DNA of 64,000 nucleotides from an uncultured Flavobacteriaceae bacterium (GCA_964451785.1 CAYVJG010000012.1:5620-69619), one strand, 5' to 3'. Numbered from the stretch's first letter, positions 36,549 to 46,509 are shown. The notes: generated from the sequence alone by a model not told the origin. Numbers and translations are program-made.

Positions 36549-38330
36549 TTAGTATTCTTTGTAAATTTCGTCATATAAATCGCGATATATTTTTAGAACA
36601 ACCTTGCGTTTAACTTTTAAAGTAGGGGTGAGGTGTCCAGCTTCAATACTCCACTCATCAGGCGTAAGTTTAAAAACTTTTATTTGTTCCCAACGGCCAA
36701 AGTGCTTATTGCATTGATCGATTTCACGTTGAATACGATCGATGACAATTTGATTTTTACTCAAGCCTTCTAAACTGTCGTCATCTACTGATAGCTCTTT
36801 GTGTGCGAGCCAAGATTTTACATAAGGTAAATTGAGCTGAATAAGAGCAGCCGGCATTTTTTCTCCTTCACCAATAACCATGATATTCTCAATAAATTGA
36901 GATTTATTAAGTTGATTTTCGAGCATTTGAGGTGAAATATACTTGCCGCCAGAGGTTTTAAAAAGCTGTTTTTTACGATCGGTGATGGTTAAAAATCCTT
37001 CTTCATCTAAGGTGCCTATATCACCTGTATAAAAGTAGCCATCCTCGGTAAAGGCTGCTTTAGTTTTAGCTCCGTCTTTGTAATATTGCTTCATGATGCT
37101 AGGGCCTTTGACTAATATCTCGCCATCCTCGGCAATTTTAACTTCTAAATTGTCAAGTGGTTTCCCTACAGTACCTAATTTAAAATATTCTTTTGAGGTA
37201 GTATTTACAGCAATTACTGGAGAAGTTTCAGTCAATCCGTAACCCTCGATAATTTGCATTTGAGCGGCGGCATAAATGCGTGAAAGTTCGGGTGATAGTG
37301 GAGCACTACCTGATACAATTAAATCTAAACGCCCACCAAGACCAGCTTTCCATTTAGAGAGTACTAATTTGCGGGCTAAATTTAACTGAATGCGATAGCC
37401 TAAAGATTGCTCTTGGTAGGGTTGATAGGCTTTGGCTATACCTAGAGCCCAATAAAATAAAGCGCGTTTTATACCTTTAGTTTCATTGCCTTTGCGACGA
37501 AAGGCAGCATACACTTTTTCTAAAACACGGGGAACAGCAGTGACAAAGGTTGGTTTGACTTCTTTAAAGTTGTCTGATAAAGCTTCTATGGATTCAGCAT
37601 AAACAATTGAAATAGAATAGTATTGGTAGAGGTAAATTAATAAGCGCTCAAAAACATGGCAAACGGGTAAATAGCTCAAGGCTGTCTGTGTGCCAGTTTC
37701 AAAGGGAACACGTGGAGCACTGCCTTTGAGGTTGCTCACAAGATTGCGATGTGTAAGCATGACTCCTTTTGGTTTTCCTGTCGTTCCTGAGGTGTATATT
37801 AAAGTGGCTAAATCGTCAGGTTTAACTTGTGATTTAAGCTTATCTACTTGGTGTTGAAGACTTAAATCTTCGCCTAAAGCTAATATTTTGCCCCAGTTTG
37901 AACAGTCCTCTAATTCGGTGAAACTAAAAATTTCTTGAACAGATGAATCGATTGTGGCTGCTTTAGTTTTAGCGAGAACCTCCCGGTCAGAAACAAATAC
38001 ATATTTAGCTTCGCTATGCGTTAAGATATAGTGATACGCCTCGCTTGAGCTGGTGGGGTAAATAGGTACGTTTTGCGCTCCTATTTGTAGTATACCGATG
38101 TCTAAGATGTTCCATTCGCTACAGTTAGCTGTAGAAATTACCGCAATTTTATCACCAGGTTTTACGCCTAATTTAAGTAGGCCACGGCTGAGTTTGTTAG
38201 CACGGTCAATGTATTCTTGTGTTGATAAGGCCTCCCAGTGACCATTGTATTTTGTCACCAAAGCTTTTTTTAGCGGGTGATTTTCTAATTGATGATAAGC
38301 AACGTCAAAAATTCGGGAGATACTTTTCAT
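36549..38330 (-). CDS. Long-chain fatty-acid-CoA ligase (AMP-binding)
   Basis: 593 aa with motifs YTSGTTGKPKG, GYGLTET and GDIG..D..G.L.I.DRKK. Confidence 0.88.
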   Translation of the reverse strand: MKSISRIFDVAYHQLENHPLKKALVTKYNGHWEALSTQEYIDRANKLSRGLLKLGVKPGDKIAVISTANCSEWNILDIGILQIGAQNVPIYPTSSSEAYHYILTHSEAKYVFVSDREVLAKTKAATIDSSVQEIFSFTELEDCSNWGKILALGEDLSLQHQVDKLKSQVKPDDLATLIYTSGTTGKPKGVMLTHRNLVSNLKGSAPRVPFETGTQTALSYLPVCHVFERLLIYLYQYYSISIVYAESIEALSDNFKEVKPTFVTAVPRVLEKVYAAFRRKGNETKGIKRALFYWALGIAKAYQPYQEQSLGYRIQLNLARKLVLSKWKAGLGGRLDLIVSGSAPLSPELSRIYAAAQMQIIEGYGLTETSPVIAVNTTSKEYFKLGTVGKPLDNLEVKIAEDGEILVKGPSIMKQYYKDGAKTKAAFTEDGYFYTGDIGTLDEEGFLTITDRKKQLFKTSGGKYISPQMLENQLNKSQFIENIMVIGEGEKMPAALIQLNLPYVKSWLAHKELSVDDDSLEGLSKNQIVIDRIQREIDQCNKHFGRWEQIKVFKLTPDEWSIEAGHLTPTLKVKRKVVLKIYRDLYDEIYKEY

Positions 38331-38383
38331 AATAAAAATGACAAAACGTGAGTGATTAAATAGTTATAGGAACAACTAAAATA

Positions 38384-38773
38384 TTAATTTCTGCTGAGTT
38401 GTAAGGTTAAGACAGTTTGTCCTTCGGTAGATTTCCAAACTTGTTTTTTAGCATCAGATTGTACTATAATCCAAGCTTTGTCCAGCTTAGAAGTAGAAGT
38501 GTTTTGCGCCGGTTTTAAAAGGATATAACCTTCGTGTTTTTCCCATTTAAAAGGAGCTTTATCGGTATAATTTTGATCGTAAATACTGTAGCTAATATCT
38601 TTATTTCCAGAGCCATTTTTATTAAAAGTAATGGTACCAATATTGTTTGATTCTGTTTTCTGACCATTTTCTTTAATCACCTGAAAGGTGTCAATGTTCC
38701 AAGTGTGAATTAAATCTGACGAGCAAGAGGTCAAAAAGAGTACGCAGAGCAGTAAAAGTAATTTTGATTTCAT
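38384..38773 (-). CDS. Small lipoprotein (lipocalin-like), hypothetical
   Basis: 129 aa with leader LFLTSC. Confidence 0.5.
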   Translation of the reverse strand: MKSKLLLLLCVLFLTSCSSDLIHTWNIDTFQVIKENGQKTESNNIGTITFNKNGSGNKDISYSIYDQNYTDKAPFKWEKHEGYILLKPAQNTSTSKLDKAWIIVQSDAKKQVWKSTEGQTVLTLQLSRN

Positions 38774-38928
38774 AAGATTTTCATTTGTTAAGGAACGGCA
38801 ATTTATAGTATTTTATCTATATAAATTGATTTTAAGAAGTATTTAAACCCTAAGCTAAATTATTTTATGATTTATATAAGTTTTCTAAACATTATAAATT
38901 TACTAAATATTTTTTAGTTTAAGAAATG

Positions 38929-39474
38929 TCATAAATCTATTTTGACGCGGTAATCTTTGAGTTTATCGAGGTATTCATGAGAGGCAAAATCTTTGTGTTC
39001 AAAGGTATTGTTGTACTCAATGCGTAGCTCATGGCGCGTCAGTCCTCTTACAAATCGCCTCACTTCGTTGTCATTACTCAAAATTAGGCCTGGCACCTGT
39101 ACGCTTTTTCCTGAATCAGATTTGGCAACCATGGTAAAGTAAGATGAGTTGCAGTGTTTTTTTTGACCCGTTTGGATGTTTTCAGAAGTCACGCGAATGC
39201 CTACAATCATTGAGCTGTTGCCTACATAATTTACAGAAGCCTTAAGGGTGACAATCTCGCCAACTTCAATGGGATTTAAGAAATCAACAGCTTCAACACT
39301 AGCTGTTACACAATAAGTTTCGCTGTGTTTTGAGGCACAAGCAAAAGCAATTTGATCCATGAGGGATAGGAGGTAACCGCCGTGTATTTTGCCGTTAAAA
39401 TTGGTGTGTGAGGGCAGCATCAGTTGAGAGATGATGACTTCAGAGGCTTTGATGGGTTTGTACTTTGAATTCAT
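38929..39474 (-). CDS. Acyl-CoA thioesterase (hotdog fold)
   Basis: 181 aa with MLPSHTNFNGKIHGG, the typical N-terminal motif. Confidence 0.85.
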   Translation of the reverse strand: MNSKYKPIKASEVIISQLMLPSHTNFNGKIHGGYLLSLMDQIAFACASKHSETYCVTASVEAVDFLNPIEVGEIVTLKASVNYVGNSSMIVGIRVTSENIQTGQKKHCNSSYFTMVAKSDSGKSVQVPGLILSNDNEVRRFVRGLTRHELRIEYNNTFEHKDFASHEYLDKLKDYRVKIDL

Positions 39475-40838
39475 GAGTTTTCAGAGTTTAGTGTGTTATC
39501 GGTAGAGTTAATATATTTTGAATCAATTTGTTTTTGAGCTTTCGCGCCAAGCGTTTTGAGCTGCTCCACACGGGTCACTAAATTGCCGCGACCTGTGAGT
39601 TTACGCATGGTTTTGTCATAGGTGGTTTGTACTGTGCCTAATTGTTTGCCTAGACGATCTAATTCTGAGATTAAATTAACGAAATTATCGTAGAGTTTTC
39701 CGGCTTGTGTGGCAATTTCTATCGCATTTTGTTTTTGCTTTTCATTTTGCCACATGCTGTCAATGGTTTTTAAAACAGCTAGCAGTGTTGTTGGAGTAAC
39801 AATAATGATGTTTTTTGTAAAAGCTTCATTGTATAAATTAGGATAGAGCTGTGTGGCTAAGGCAAAAGCAGATTCAATAGGAATAAATAGCAGTACAAAA
39901 TCAGGACTTGCCATGGTGTATAATTCTTGATAATTTTTGCGACTGAGCTGTTCAATATGCGTTTTGATAGAGAGCAAGTGTTGCTGCGCACTAGCTTTTT
40001 GAGCTTCTTCGGTAGAGGCATTAATATAGCGTTCATAGCCTATTAAAGATACTTTTGAGTCTACAATCATGCGTTTATCTCCCGGTAATGCAATGATGAC
40101 ATCGGGTTGTAGGCGTTTATTGTTTTCGGTGGTAAAGCTTTTTTGTGTAAAATACTCGCGTCCTTTTTCTAATCCACTTTGCTCAAGCACACGTTCTAAG
40201 ATCATCTCACCCCAGTTACCTTGCATTTTGGTATTACCTTTTAAGGCGCGGGTTAAATTGATGGCTTCTTCGCTGATTTTTTGATTGTGTTTGCTGAGTT
40301 GTTCAAGTTGCTGTCCCAGCTCAGCGTGACGTTCTATAAAGGCAATTTTATTTTTTTCAACTTGGATTTCAAAACCTTTAATCTTGTCTTGCAAAGGGAG
40401 AAGAATGCGACTGATATTTTCCTGATTGAGCTTGGTAAATTTTTCAGATTTCTGTTCTAAAATTTTATTGGCTAAATTTTCAAATTCTTTTTCAAATTTT
40501 TCCTGTAAGGCTTGAGTTTCTGTTTTCTGCAGATTTAATTTTTCTTGTAGATTTCTATACTCAGTCTGCACACGGGTGAGTTGTGTGTGGAGGATATCTT
40601 TTTCAGTGCGCAGGGCATTGCGTTCGTCTTTGAGTTCGATTAATTGATTGCGAAAATCGCTTTCTTGCTTTTGTAGTTGCTGTTGGGTTGTAGATAGCTG
40701 TAATTGAGCTGAATTGACCTGTTGTTTTAGTTGTTCTTGAACAGCATTCTGTTTTAACTTACCTAGGTTGCGCCCTAGGTATAGACCAATAAAAAATAAA
40801 ACTAGAGCCAAAAGACTCATGATGATATAGTTTTCCAT
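39471..40838 (-). CDS. rmuC: DNA recombination protein RmuC
   Basis: An N-terminal TM helix and long coiled coil are followed by the RmuC nuclease-like C-domain. The start is moved to MENYIIMSLL because the 35-codon upstream extension of the track ORF covers the hpf terminator hairpin. Confidence 0.85.
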   Translation of the reverse strand: MENYIIMSLLALVLFFIGLYLGRNLGKLKQNAVQEQLKQQVNSAQLQLSTTQQQLQKQESDFRNQLIELKDERNALRTEKDILHTQLTRVQTEYRNLQEKLNLQKTETQALQEKFEKEFENLANKILEQKSEKFTKLNQENISRILLPLQDKIKGFEIQVEKNKIAFIERHAELGQQLEQLSKHNQKISEEAINLTRALKGNTKMQGNWGEMILERVLEQSGLEKGREYFTQKSFTTENNKRLQPDVIIALPGDKRMIVDSKVSLIGYERYINASTEEAQKASAQQHLLSIKTHIEQLSRKNYQELYTMASPDFVLLFIPIESAFALATQLYPNLYNEAFTKNIIIVTPTTLLAVLKTIDSMWQNEKQKQNAIEIATQAGKLYDNFVNLISELDRLGKQLGTVQTTYDKTMRKLTGRGNLVTRVEQLKTLGAKAQKQIDSKYINSTDNTLNSENS

Positions 40839-40909
40839 GAACAATGAGATAGGAGAAAAGCATAATAAGTGGATAAAGATAATAAATATCAGCATTGCAT
40901 GGAGCTGTA

Positions 40910-40942
40910 AAATGCAAAAGCCGCCCAAAAAGGCGGCTTGCA
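40910..40942 (-). terminator. Terminator after hpf
   Basis: On the minus strand: gcaagccgcc-tttttg-ggcggcttttgc, followed by a T-rich tail. Confidence 0.75.
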
Positions 40943-40962
40943 CGTTTAATGTTGACTATAAA

Positions 40963-41268
40963 TTAAATATGAGCCTTCATTTTTTCTTTGCGTTTTTGAA
41001 GCTGACGTTTGAGATCAGACATGGTTTTGTAAATGGCTTTGTCAAAATTTTCTTCATTAGCCGAAACAAAAATCTCTGGTCCTGGAACGTTGAGCTGGAT
41101 TTCACATATTCTTCCCGAATCGTTTGCTGTTGAATTTTCTGTCTTAAAATAGACATCAGCACTCACGATAAAGTCATAGTGATTTTTTAACTTGTCGAGT
41201 TTCTTTTGAGCAAATTCTTCAAGTCTTCCACTGGCTGAAACGTGTACATAATTGAAATGCGTATCCAT
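40963..41268 (-). CDS. hpf: Ribosome hibernation promoting factor / RaiA family
   Basis: 101 aa showing the typical short HPF pattern (..FAQKKLDKL..AIYKTMSDLKRQLQKRKEK). Confidence 0.85.
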   Translation of the reverse strand: MDTHFNYVHVSASGRLEEFAQKKLDKLKNHYDFIVSADVYFKTENSTANDSGRICEIQLNVPGPEIFVSANEENFDKAIYKTMSDLKRQLQKRKEKMKAHI

Positions 41269-41478
41269 AAAGTAGTAGTTTAAGTTTGAGTTATAAAGTT
41301 ACACTTTTTGGTGAATTTAATCAACTTTGTTACGATAAAATTAAGGCTATATTTTTTAAATGTTACGCAAAGCTAACGTATTGTGAGGTTTATGCACTTA
41401 AAATTGTCCGAATCGCCTTTGTAGAATAACTCGTAGATAGCCTATTGATAGTTTCTAGTCAATAATGGTAACTATTCA

Positions 41479-41602
41479 GCTGTTTTGAAAAAACTAATAT
41501 TGAACCCACTCCGGGATTCGCGTGTTGTTTGCACCTAGCCTAATAGCTACGCTACGTTTGCTGTGGGTTAATCACATTAAACTCCTACGGAGTTTCCTCA
41601 AA
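41479..41602 (+). repeat. Repeat module R1, copy B
   Basis: Matches 2221-2341, including the two hairpins. Confidence 0.8.
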
Positions 41603-41666
41603 CCCACTAACTCAGGTTTTGGTGTCATTATTATAGGTTTCCTCTCTTTTCTTCAAACGAAATAAG

Positions 41667-41786
41667 CTAATACCATATAGTCCAATGAGACTGCTGTCGA
41701 AATTGGACTATTAATTTGTTACCCACGGTATTATACCTACAAAAAATAGTATAAATCGGGCTGTAAAATAATTCTAATTGGTATAA
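41667..41786 (+). mobile_element. R3 MITE/REP-like element, copy 4 (variant with inverted central hairpin)
   Basis: It has the same termini and right half as the other copies. The central ~30 bp is the reverse complement of the other copies, and 13 nt are missing on the left. Confidence 0.75.
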
Positions 41787-41865
41787 TAAAGTTTGTCCAT
41801 TTACCACTAGTATTTTACTAAGGGAATAAGGTTTTTATCTGGATTCCTTGAACCTTATTAGCTTA

Positions 41866-42025
41866 TACGGAAGTGACATTCAAAATGGACCAATCTTCTT
41901 GTTAAAATTACAAATCTCTGCGTTATAAATGCTCGTCATAGCTATGGCTATGCCTGTGCTTTTTGCCTTGACCTTTGAAATTTTAATGACAAAATATTTA
42001 GTCTATTTTAAAAATCATTTCCGTA
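41866..42025 (+). mobile_element. R4 MITE-like element (160 bp), full copy
   Basis: Runs tacggaagtgacattcaaaat..gtctattttaaaaatcatttccgta. It is the inverted counterpart of 28778-28937. Confidence 0.8.
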
Positions 42026-42101
42026 TTAGTAATCCACAAACAGCGCTCAACCATAAACCTTATTAGCTCGTATGTTTTAATATTATTCAAGGAACCACTA
42101 T

Positions 42102-42122
42102 ATAATTTATCCATATGGTATT
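42102..42122 (-). repeat. Solo R3 terminus
   Basis: ataatttatccatatggtatt matches the left terminus of R3 in reverse orientation. Confidence 0.55.
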
Positions 42123-42190
42123 TGTAAAATAATAAACTTTTTCCATGCTCTTCACGCCTCCAAAAGCGACAACCCTACCTGCTGAATAGT
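42119..42190 (+). repeat. Repeat module R2, copy B
   Basis: Matches 2468-2542. Confidence 0.75.
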
Positions 42191-42399
42191 TATTAGTGAA
42201 ATGAATAATAGTTTAAAATGCTGTTTATTAGAGTTTTGAGTGGTTTTGTTTAGATTATTATGATAATTAAAGTTGATTTTATAGATTTTTTTACCTGTTA
42301 AACTATAAATCTAATAAGCAACGCTGTTTTTTCATAAATCTAAAGCATAAGTGTGCTGATCTGTATAAAAATTATATTTTTTTATTTTCTGAAAATCAA

Positions 42400-42407
42400 T
42401 ATCTTTG
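42400..42407 (+). promoter_or_regulatory. Bacteroidota-type -7 promoter box (TAnnTTTG)
   Basis: tatctttg is a perfect match to TAnnTTTG. It lies ~12 nt upstream of the riboswitch aptamer. Confidence 0.5.
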
Positions 42408-42418
42408 TGCCCTCAAAA

Positions 42419-42463
42419 GGCGATGGAGTTCGCCTAAACCGCTTTGTAAGCTGATGACTCCTG
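42419..42463 (+). promoter_or_regulatory. Fluoride riboswitch (crcB RNA motif)
   Basis: ggcgatggagttcgcctaaaccgctttgtaagctgatgactcctg follows the remembered crcB-motif pattern GGCGAUG..CGCC.AAAC..GCUGAUG..CCU. It lies directly upstream of crcB. Confidence 0.85.
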
Positions 42464-42499
42464 TTTTATAATTTGTCGGATAATTTAAATTCTTAAACG

Positions 42500-42874
42500 A
42501 TGATTAAAACATTGTTATTGGTAGGTTTAGGAGGATTTTTAGGTAGCGTTAGTCGCTATTTAACAAGTCTTGTTTTTACGCGTTTTTGGCCCATAAACAT
42601 GCCCTTAGGAACATTTGCAGCCAATGTACTTGGCTGTTTTTTAATTGGTATTGCTTATGGACTATCGCTAAAGCTGGGCTGGTTTAACCCGCAATGGCGT
42701 TTGTTTTTTATAACGGGCTTTTGTGGCGGTTATACTACGTTTTCTTCTTTTGCGTATGAAAATGTCAAGTTACTGCAGTCTGGTCAATACGGATTGTTTG
42801 GTGGTTATGTCTTATTAAGTGTAGCCCTGGGCTTATTAGCAGTATTTGGCGGTTTATTAATTACGAAAATATAA
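42500..42874 (+). CDS. crcB: Fluoride ion channel CrcB/FluC
   Basis: 124 aa with four TM segments and the GFCGGYTTFSSF motif. Confidence 0.92.
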   Translation: MIKTLLLVGLGGFLGSVSRYLTSLVFTRFWPINMPLGTFAANVLGCFLIGIAYGLSLKLGWFNPQWRLFFITGFCGGYTTFSSFAYENVKLLQSGQYGLFGGYVLLSVALGLLAVFGGLLITKI

Positions 42875-42885
42875 AATTACAATCT

Positions 42886-43434
42886 ATGAAATTTAATCCT
42901 TGGCACGATGCTCCTATTGGTGAGCATGCACCTGAAGTAGTTGAAGCAATTATTGAAATTCCACGCAATAGTAAAGCAAAATATGAACTTGATAAAACTA
43001 CGGGTATGTTGCGCTTAGATCGTGTGTTGTATTCATCTATGGGCTATCCTGAAAACTATGGATTTATTCCGCAAACATTAGGTGATGATAACGATCCACT
43101 TGATATCCTTGTAATGTCTCAAATCCAAGTGCAACCGCTCTGCTTACTCGAAGCAAAAGTTATCGGAGTTATGAAAATGATTGACGGTGGTGAAGGCGAT
43201 GAAAAAATTATTGCTGTAGCTAATAATGACCCTAGCGTGAATCACATTAACTCGTTAGACGAACTATCAGATCACTACAAAGATCAATTACAGAATTTCT
43301 TTGAAGATTATAAAAAATTAGAAAAGAAAGAAGTAGAAGTAGAAGGATTTGAAGGTCGTGAAGTGGCTATAGAAATCATTAAAGGCGCCATTGAAAATTA
43401 CGATCAAAAATACCGCAAAGTCAATGTAAAATAA
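42886..43434 (+). CDS. ppa: Inorganic pyrophosphatase (family I)
   Basis: 182 aa with motifs IEIPRNSKAKYELD, YGFIPQT and DGDPLD-like DNDPLDILV. Confidence 0.92.
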   Translation: MKFNPWHDAPIGEHAPEVVEAIIEIPRNSKAKYELDKTTGMLRLDRVLYSSMGYPENYGFIPQTLGDDNDPLDILVMSQIQVQPLCLLEAKVIGVMKMIDGGEGDEKIIAVANNDPSVNHINSLDELSDHYKDQLQNFFEDYKKLEKKEVEVEGFEGREVAIEIIKGAIENYDQKYRKVNVK

Positions 43435-43496
43435 GATTTGTTTTCTCGCGTCTTAGTACTCTAGAACAACAAATTAATAGTTTGACTTTTCTAAAT

Positions 43497-43538
43497 AAAA
43501 ATACAGCCGTAAATCAATTGATTTACGGCTGTATTTTT
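43497..43538. terminator. Bidirectional terminator
   Basis: Perfect palindrome atacagccgtaaatcaattgatttacggctgtat flanked by aaaa and tttt. Confidence 0.85.
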
Positions 43539-43555
43539 ATAGAGTAATCTTGATT

Positions 43556-44419
43556 TTATACAGTAGGGGTATTAATTCTGTTTTGAAAATAGGCTGTTAA
43601 TCCATCAACCGGATGGCGGGTAACATTACCGATAGACAAACCTTTGCTCTCAAGAACTTCTGCAATAATTTCTTTTGAGAAATGTGCAATAGAACCTACA
43701 AAGTGGATAGGACACTCTTTAGCTTGAGGTAAGGTTAAAATCCAATTTTCAGTAAAATCTTCAATACCTTTAGCAATGAGTGTTCTGAAATACTCAGGTA
43801 GCGGATCAAAGCTAAACATAAACCTAGCAAATGCAGCTAGATAGGAGCTCGCATTTTCGTTGCGATAAAGATTCTCTTTTATGGTGTGAGGAAAGAGGTC
43901 GTACTCAGCTTTAAATTTTTCAGCAATTTCAGCAGGCATTTTTTTATAAAAATAATCTCTGAGTAATTGCTTTCCAAAATAGTTACCACTGGCTTCATCC
44001 ATTACAGAGTAGCCCAAAGAAGGCGCTGCAACTTCAGCATTAATGCCATCAAAGTAACACGAGTTAGAACCAGTTCCTAAAATGCAGACGATACCCGGTC
44101 GATCGGTCACCGACAAGCAAGCTGCCATCAAATCTTCATACACTTCACACTCGGCATGTCTAAAATATTTTTCAAGAAAACGTTTAAGGCGGATGCGAGC
44201 TTTTTCAGATCCACATCCTGCACCATAAAAGTAAACGTGTTTAATATCTTGATTGACATGAGCAATTTCTTCGCTTTGTGCCAAACGTTTGTGCATTTTT
44301 TGAGTGGTTAGCATGTTGGGATTGAGCCCTTGAGTACGCGATTTGAATACTACGCTTCCTATCTCATCGAGTAAGACCCAGTCGCACTTTGTCGAACCGC
44401 CGTCTGCTAATAAAACCAT
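43556..44419 (-). CDS. N-acetylglucosamine kinase-like ATPase (BadF/BadG/BcrA/BcrD family)
   Basis: 287 aa with the typical N-terminus LLADGGSTKCDWVLLDE and LGTGSNS. Confidence 0.8.
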   Translation of the reverse strand: MVLLADGGSTKCDWVLLDEIGSVVFKSRTQGLNPNMLTTQKMHKRLAQSEEIAHVNQDIKHVYFYGAGCGSEKARIRLKRFLEKYFRHAECEVYEDLMAACLSVTDRPGIVCILGTGSNSCYFDGINAEVAAPSLGYSVMDEASGNYFGKQLLRDYFYKKMPAEIAEKFKAEYDLFPHTIKENLYRNENASSYLAAFARFMFSFDPLPEYFRTLIAKGIEDFTENWILTLPQAKECPIHFVGSIAHFSKEIIAEVLESKGLSIGNVTRHPVDGLTAYFQNRINTPTV

Positions 44420-44422
44420 AAT

Positions 44423-45433
44423 TTATTTGTTTAAAGAATTAACATATGTGGCTAGATCTATTAGTCTGCTAGAATAGCCAAATTCATTATCATACCAGGC
44501 TACTAATTTAAAAAATTTAGAGTTAAGTTCCATACTAGCGCCGGCATCAAATATACAACTATGTGAGTCAGATACAAAATCTTGAGACACAACATCGTCC
44601 TCAGTGTAGGCTAGGAAGCCTTTTAGCTCATTTTCTGATGCTTTTTTTAGCGTTGATTTTATCTCTTCTAAGCTAGTTTCTTTATCAGTTTTTAATGTTA
44701 AATCTACTACAGAAACGTCATTTGAAGAAACTCTAAACGCCATTCCGGTCAATTTTCCTTTTAACTCAGGTATAACTTTTGTTACTGCAATGGCAGCCCC
44801 AGTTGAAGTTGGAATAATGTTGTTTAAAGACGCTCTACCAAGACGATAATTCTTTTTTGATGGCGCATCAACAGTGGCTTGAGTTGAAGTAGTAGCGTGA
44901 ACAGTAGTCATTAAACCTTCAGCAATGCCGAAATTGTCATTGAGCACTTTAGCAAAAGTAGCTAAACAGTTAGTAGTACATGAAGCGTTTGAGACTACGC
45001 GGTCTTCAGCTTTTACGTCTTGGTGGTTAACGCCCATTACAAACATTGGAGCATCACCAGATGGCGCTGAGATAACCACTTTTTTGGCACCCGCTTTTAA
45101 GTGAACACTAGCTTGTTCATGAGATTTGAAGATACCAGTACATTCTAAAACGATATCAGCATCTACAGCGTCCCATTTTAGGTTTTCAGGATTGCGTTCA
45201 GCTGTAACGCGAATTTCTTGGCCATTAACAACGAGGTTTCCATTGTTTACACTGATTTCGCCATCAAAACGGCCGTGAACAGTGTCGTATTTTAAAAGAT
45301 AAGCAAGTTGCTCAACAGGAATTAAGTCGTTAATAGCAACTATTTTTACATTTTCTCTTTGGTTTGCAATGCGGAAAGCAATACGGCCAATACGGCCAAA
45401 TCCATTAATAGCAATTTTTGTTTCTTGAGCCAT
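44423..45433 (-). CDS. gap: Glyceraldehyde-3-phosphate dehydrogenase, type I
   Basis: 336 aa with INGFGRIGR and [11 protein letters not shown]. Confidence 0.95.
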   Translation of the reverse strand: MAQETKIAINGFGRIGRIAFRIANQRENVKIVAINDLIPVEQLAYLLKYDTVHGRFDGEISVNNGNLVVNGQEIRVTAERNPENLKWDAVDADIVLECTGIFKSHEQASVHLKAGAKKVVISAPSGDAPMFVMGVNHQDVKAEDRVVSNASCTTNCLATFAKVLNDNFGIAEGLMTTVHATTSTQATVDAPSKKNYRLGRASLNNIIPTSTGAAIAVTKVIPELKGKLTGMAFRVSSNDVSVVDLTLKTDKETSLEEIKSTLKKASENELKGFLAYTEDDVVSQDFVSDSHSCIFDAGASMELNSKFFKLVAWYDNEFGYSSRLIDLATYVNSLNK

Positions 45434-45458
45434 TTTAGATCAATTTTAGGTTTTGTAA

Positions 45459-46448
45459 TTAAAATGAGGTGATATCGGCAACACGTAATAATTCCATATT
45501 AACGCTGTTTTGCCCGGAAATAGCTTCATCAAATGGAACAGTAACAAGTTTTCCATTTTGAATGCCCACCATAATATTTCCTTGATGATTTTCTAATAAT
45601 AAGTCTACAGCATAAACACCCATTCTGCTAGCTAAAACACGGTCAGAGCAACTTGGAGCTCCTCCACGTTGAACATGCCCTAAAACGGTAACACGCACTT
45701 CGTAATCTGTAAGATGCGTACCGATGTAGTCAGCGAGTTCAAAGGTGTTTTTACCGGTAGTTTTGCCTTCAGATACAACCACAATGCTTGAGGTTTTACC
45801 TGATTTGCGACTGTGTTGAAGTGATTGGATAAGACGATCAGTACCGAGGTTTTCTTCGGGAATCAAAATTTCTTCTGCACCAGCACCAACCCCTGCATTA
45901 AGGGCGATGTCTCCTGCATTACGGCCCATTACTTCTATTAAAAATAAGCGATTATGTGAGTTTGCTGTATCCCTAATCTTGTCAATAGCTTCAACTACTG
46001 TGTTTAAGGCCGTGTCATAACCAATGGTATAATCTGTACCGCGAATATCATTGTCAATGGTTCCCGGAATACCGATAACAGGAAAATTGTTTTCTAGTGC
46101 AAACAAATTGGCTCCGGTAAAAGTGCCGTTACCACCAATGGTAATTAGGGCATCAATTCCCTCTGAACGCAAGTTGTCAGCGGCTATTTTGCGGCCTTCT
46201 TTTGAAAGGAAGCGTTTTGAACGTGTAGATTTTAAAAAGGTTCCTCCACGATTTATAATATTGCGTACAGATCGCGCATTTAGAGATTTAAAGTCTTTTT
46301 CGATTAAGCCTTCGTATCCGCGAAATACACCAGTACATTCAACTCCGTGGTAGGCGCAACAGCGCACTACTGCACGTATGGCAGCATTCATTCCTGGAGA
46401 ATCACCTCCTGAAGTCAGCACAGCTATGTGTTTAGGTTTCTCTGTCAT
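45459..46448 (-). CDS. pfkA: ATP-dependent 6-phosphofructokinase
   Basis: 329 aa with TSGGDSPGMNAAIR, IGGNGT, PGTIDNDI and MGR motifs. Confidence 0.95.
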   Translation of the reverse strand: MTEKPKHIAVLTSGGDSPGMNAAIRAVVRCCAYHGVECTGVFRGYEGLIEKDFKSLNARSVRNIINRGGTFLKSTRSKRFLSKEGRKIAADNLRSEGIDALITIGGNGTFTGANLFALENNFPVIGIPGTIDNDIRGTDYTIGYDTALNTVVEAIDKIRDTANSHNRLFLIEVMGRNAGDIALNAGVGAGAEEILIPEENLGTDRLIQSLQHSRKSGKTSSIVVVSEGKTTGKNTFELADYIGTHLTDYEVRVTVLGHVQRGGAPSCSDRVLASRMGVYAVDLLLENHQGNIMVGIQNGKLVTVPFDEAISGQNSVNMELLRVADITSF

Positions 46449-46509
46449 TGAGCTTGTTGTTAATTCAGTTTTACGCTATGGCAAGATGTAACTCCTGTCA
46501 TAGGATATT

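Noticed and set aside
40839-40943. 35-codon N-terminal extension of the rmuC ORF in the track
   Set aside because: The extension covers the hpf terminator hairpin (40910-42). The MENYIIMSLL.. start gives the expected N-terminal TM helix.
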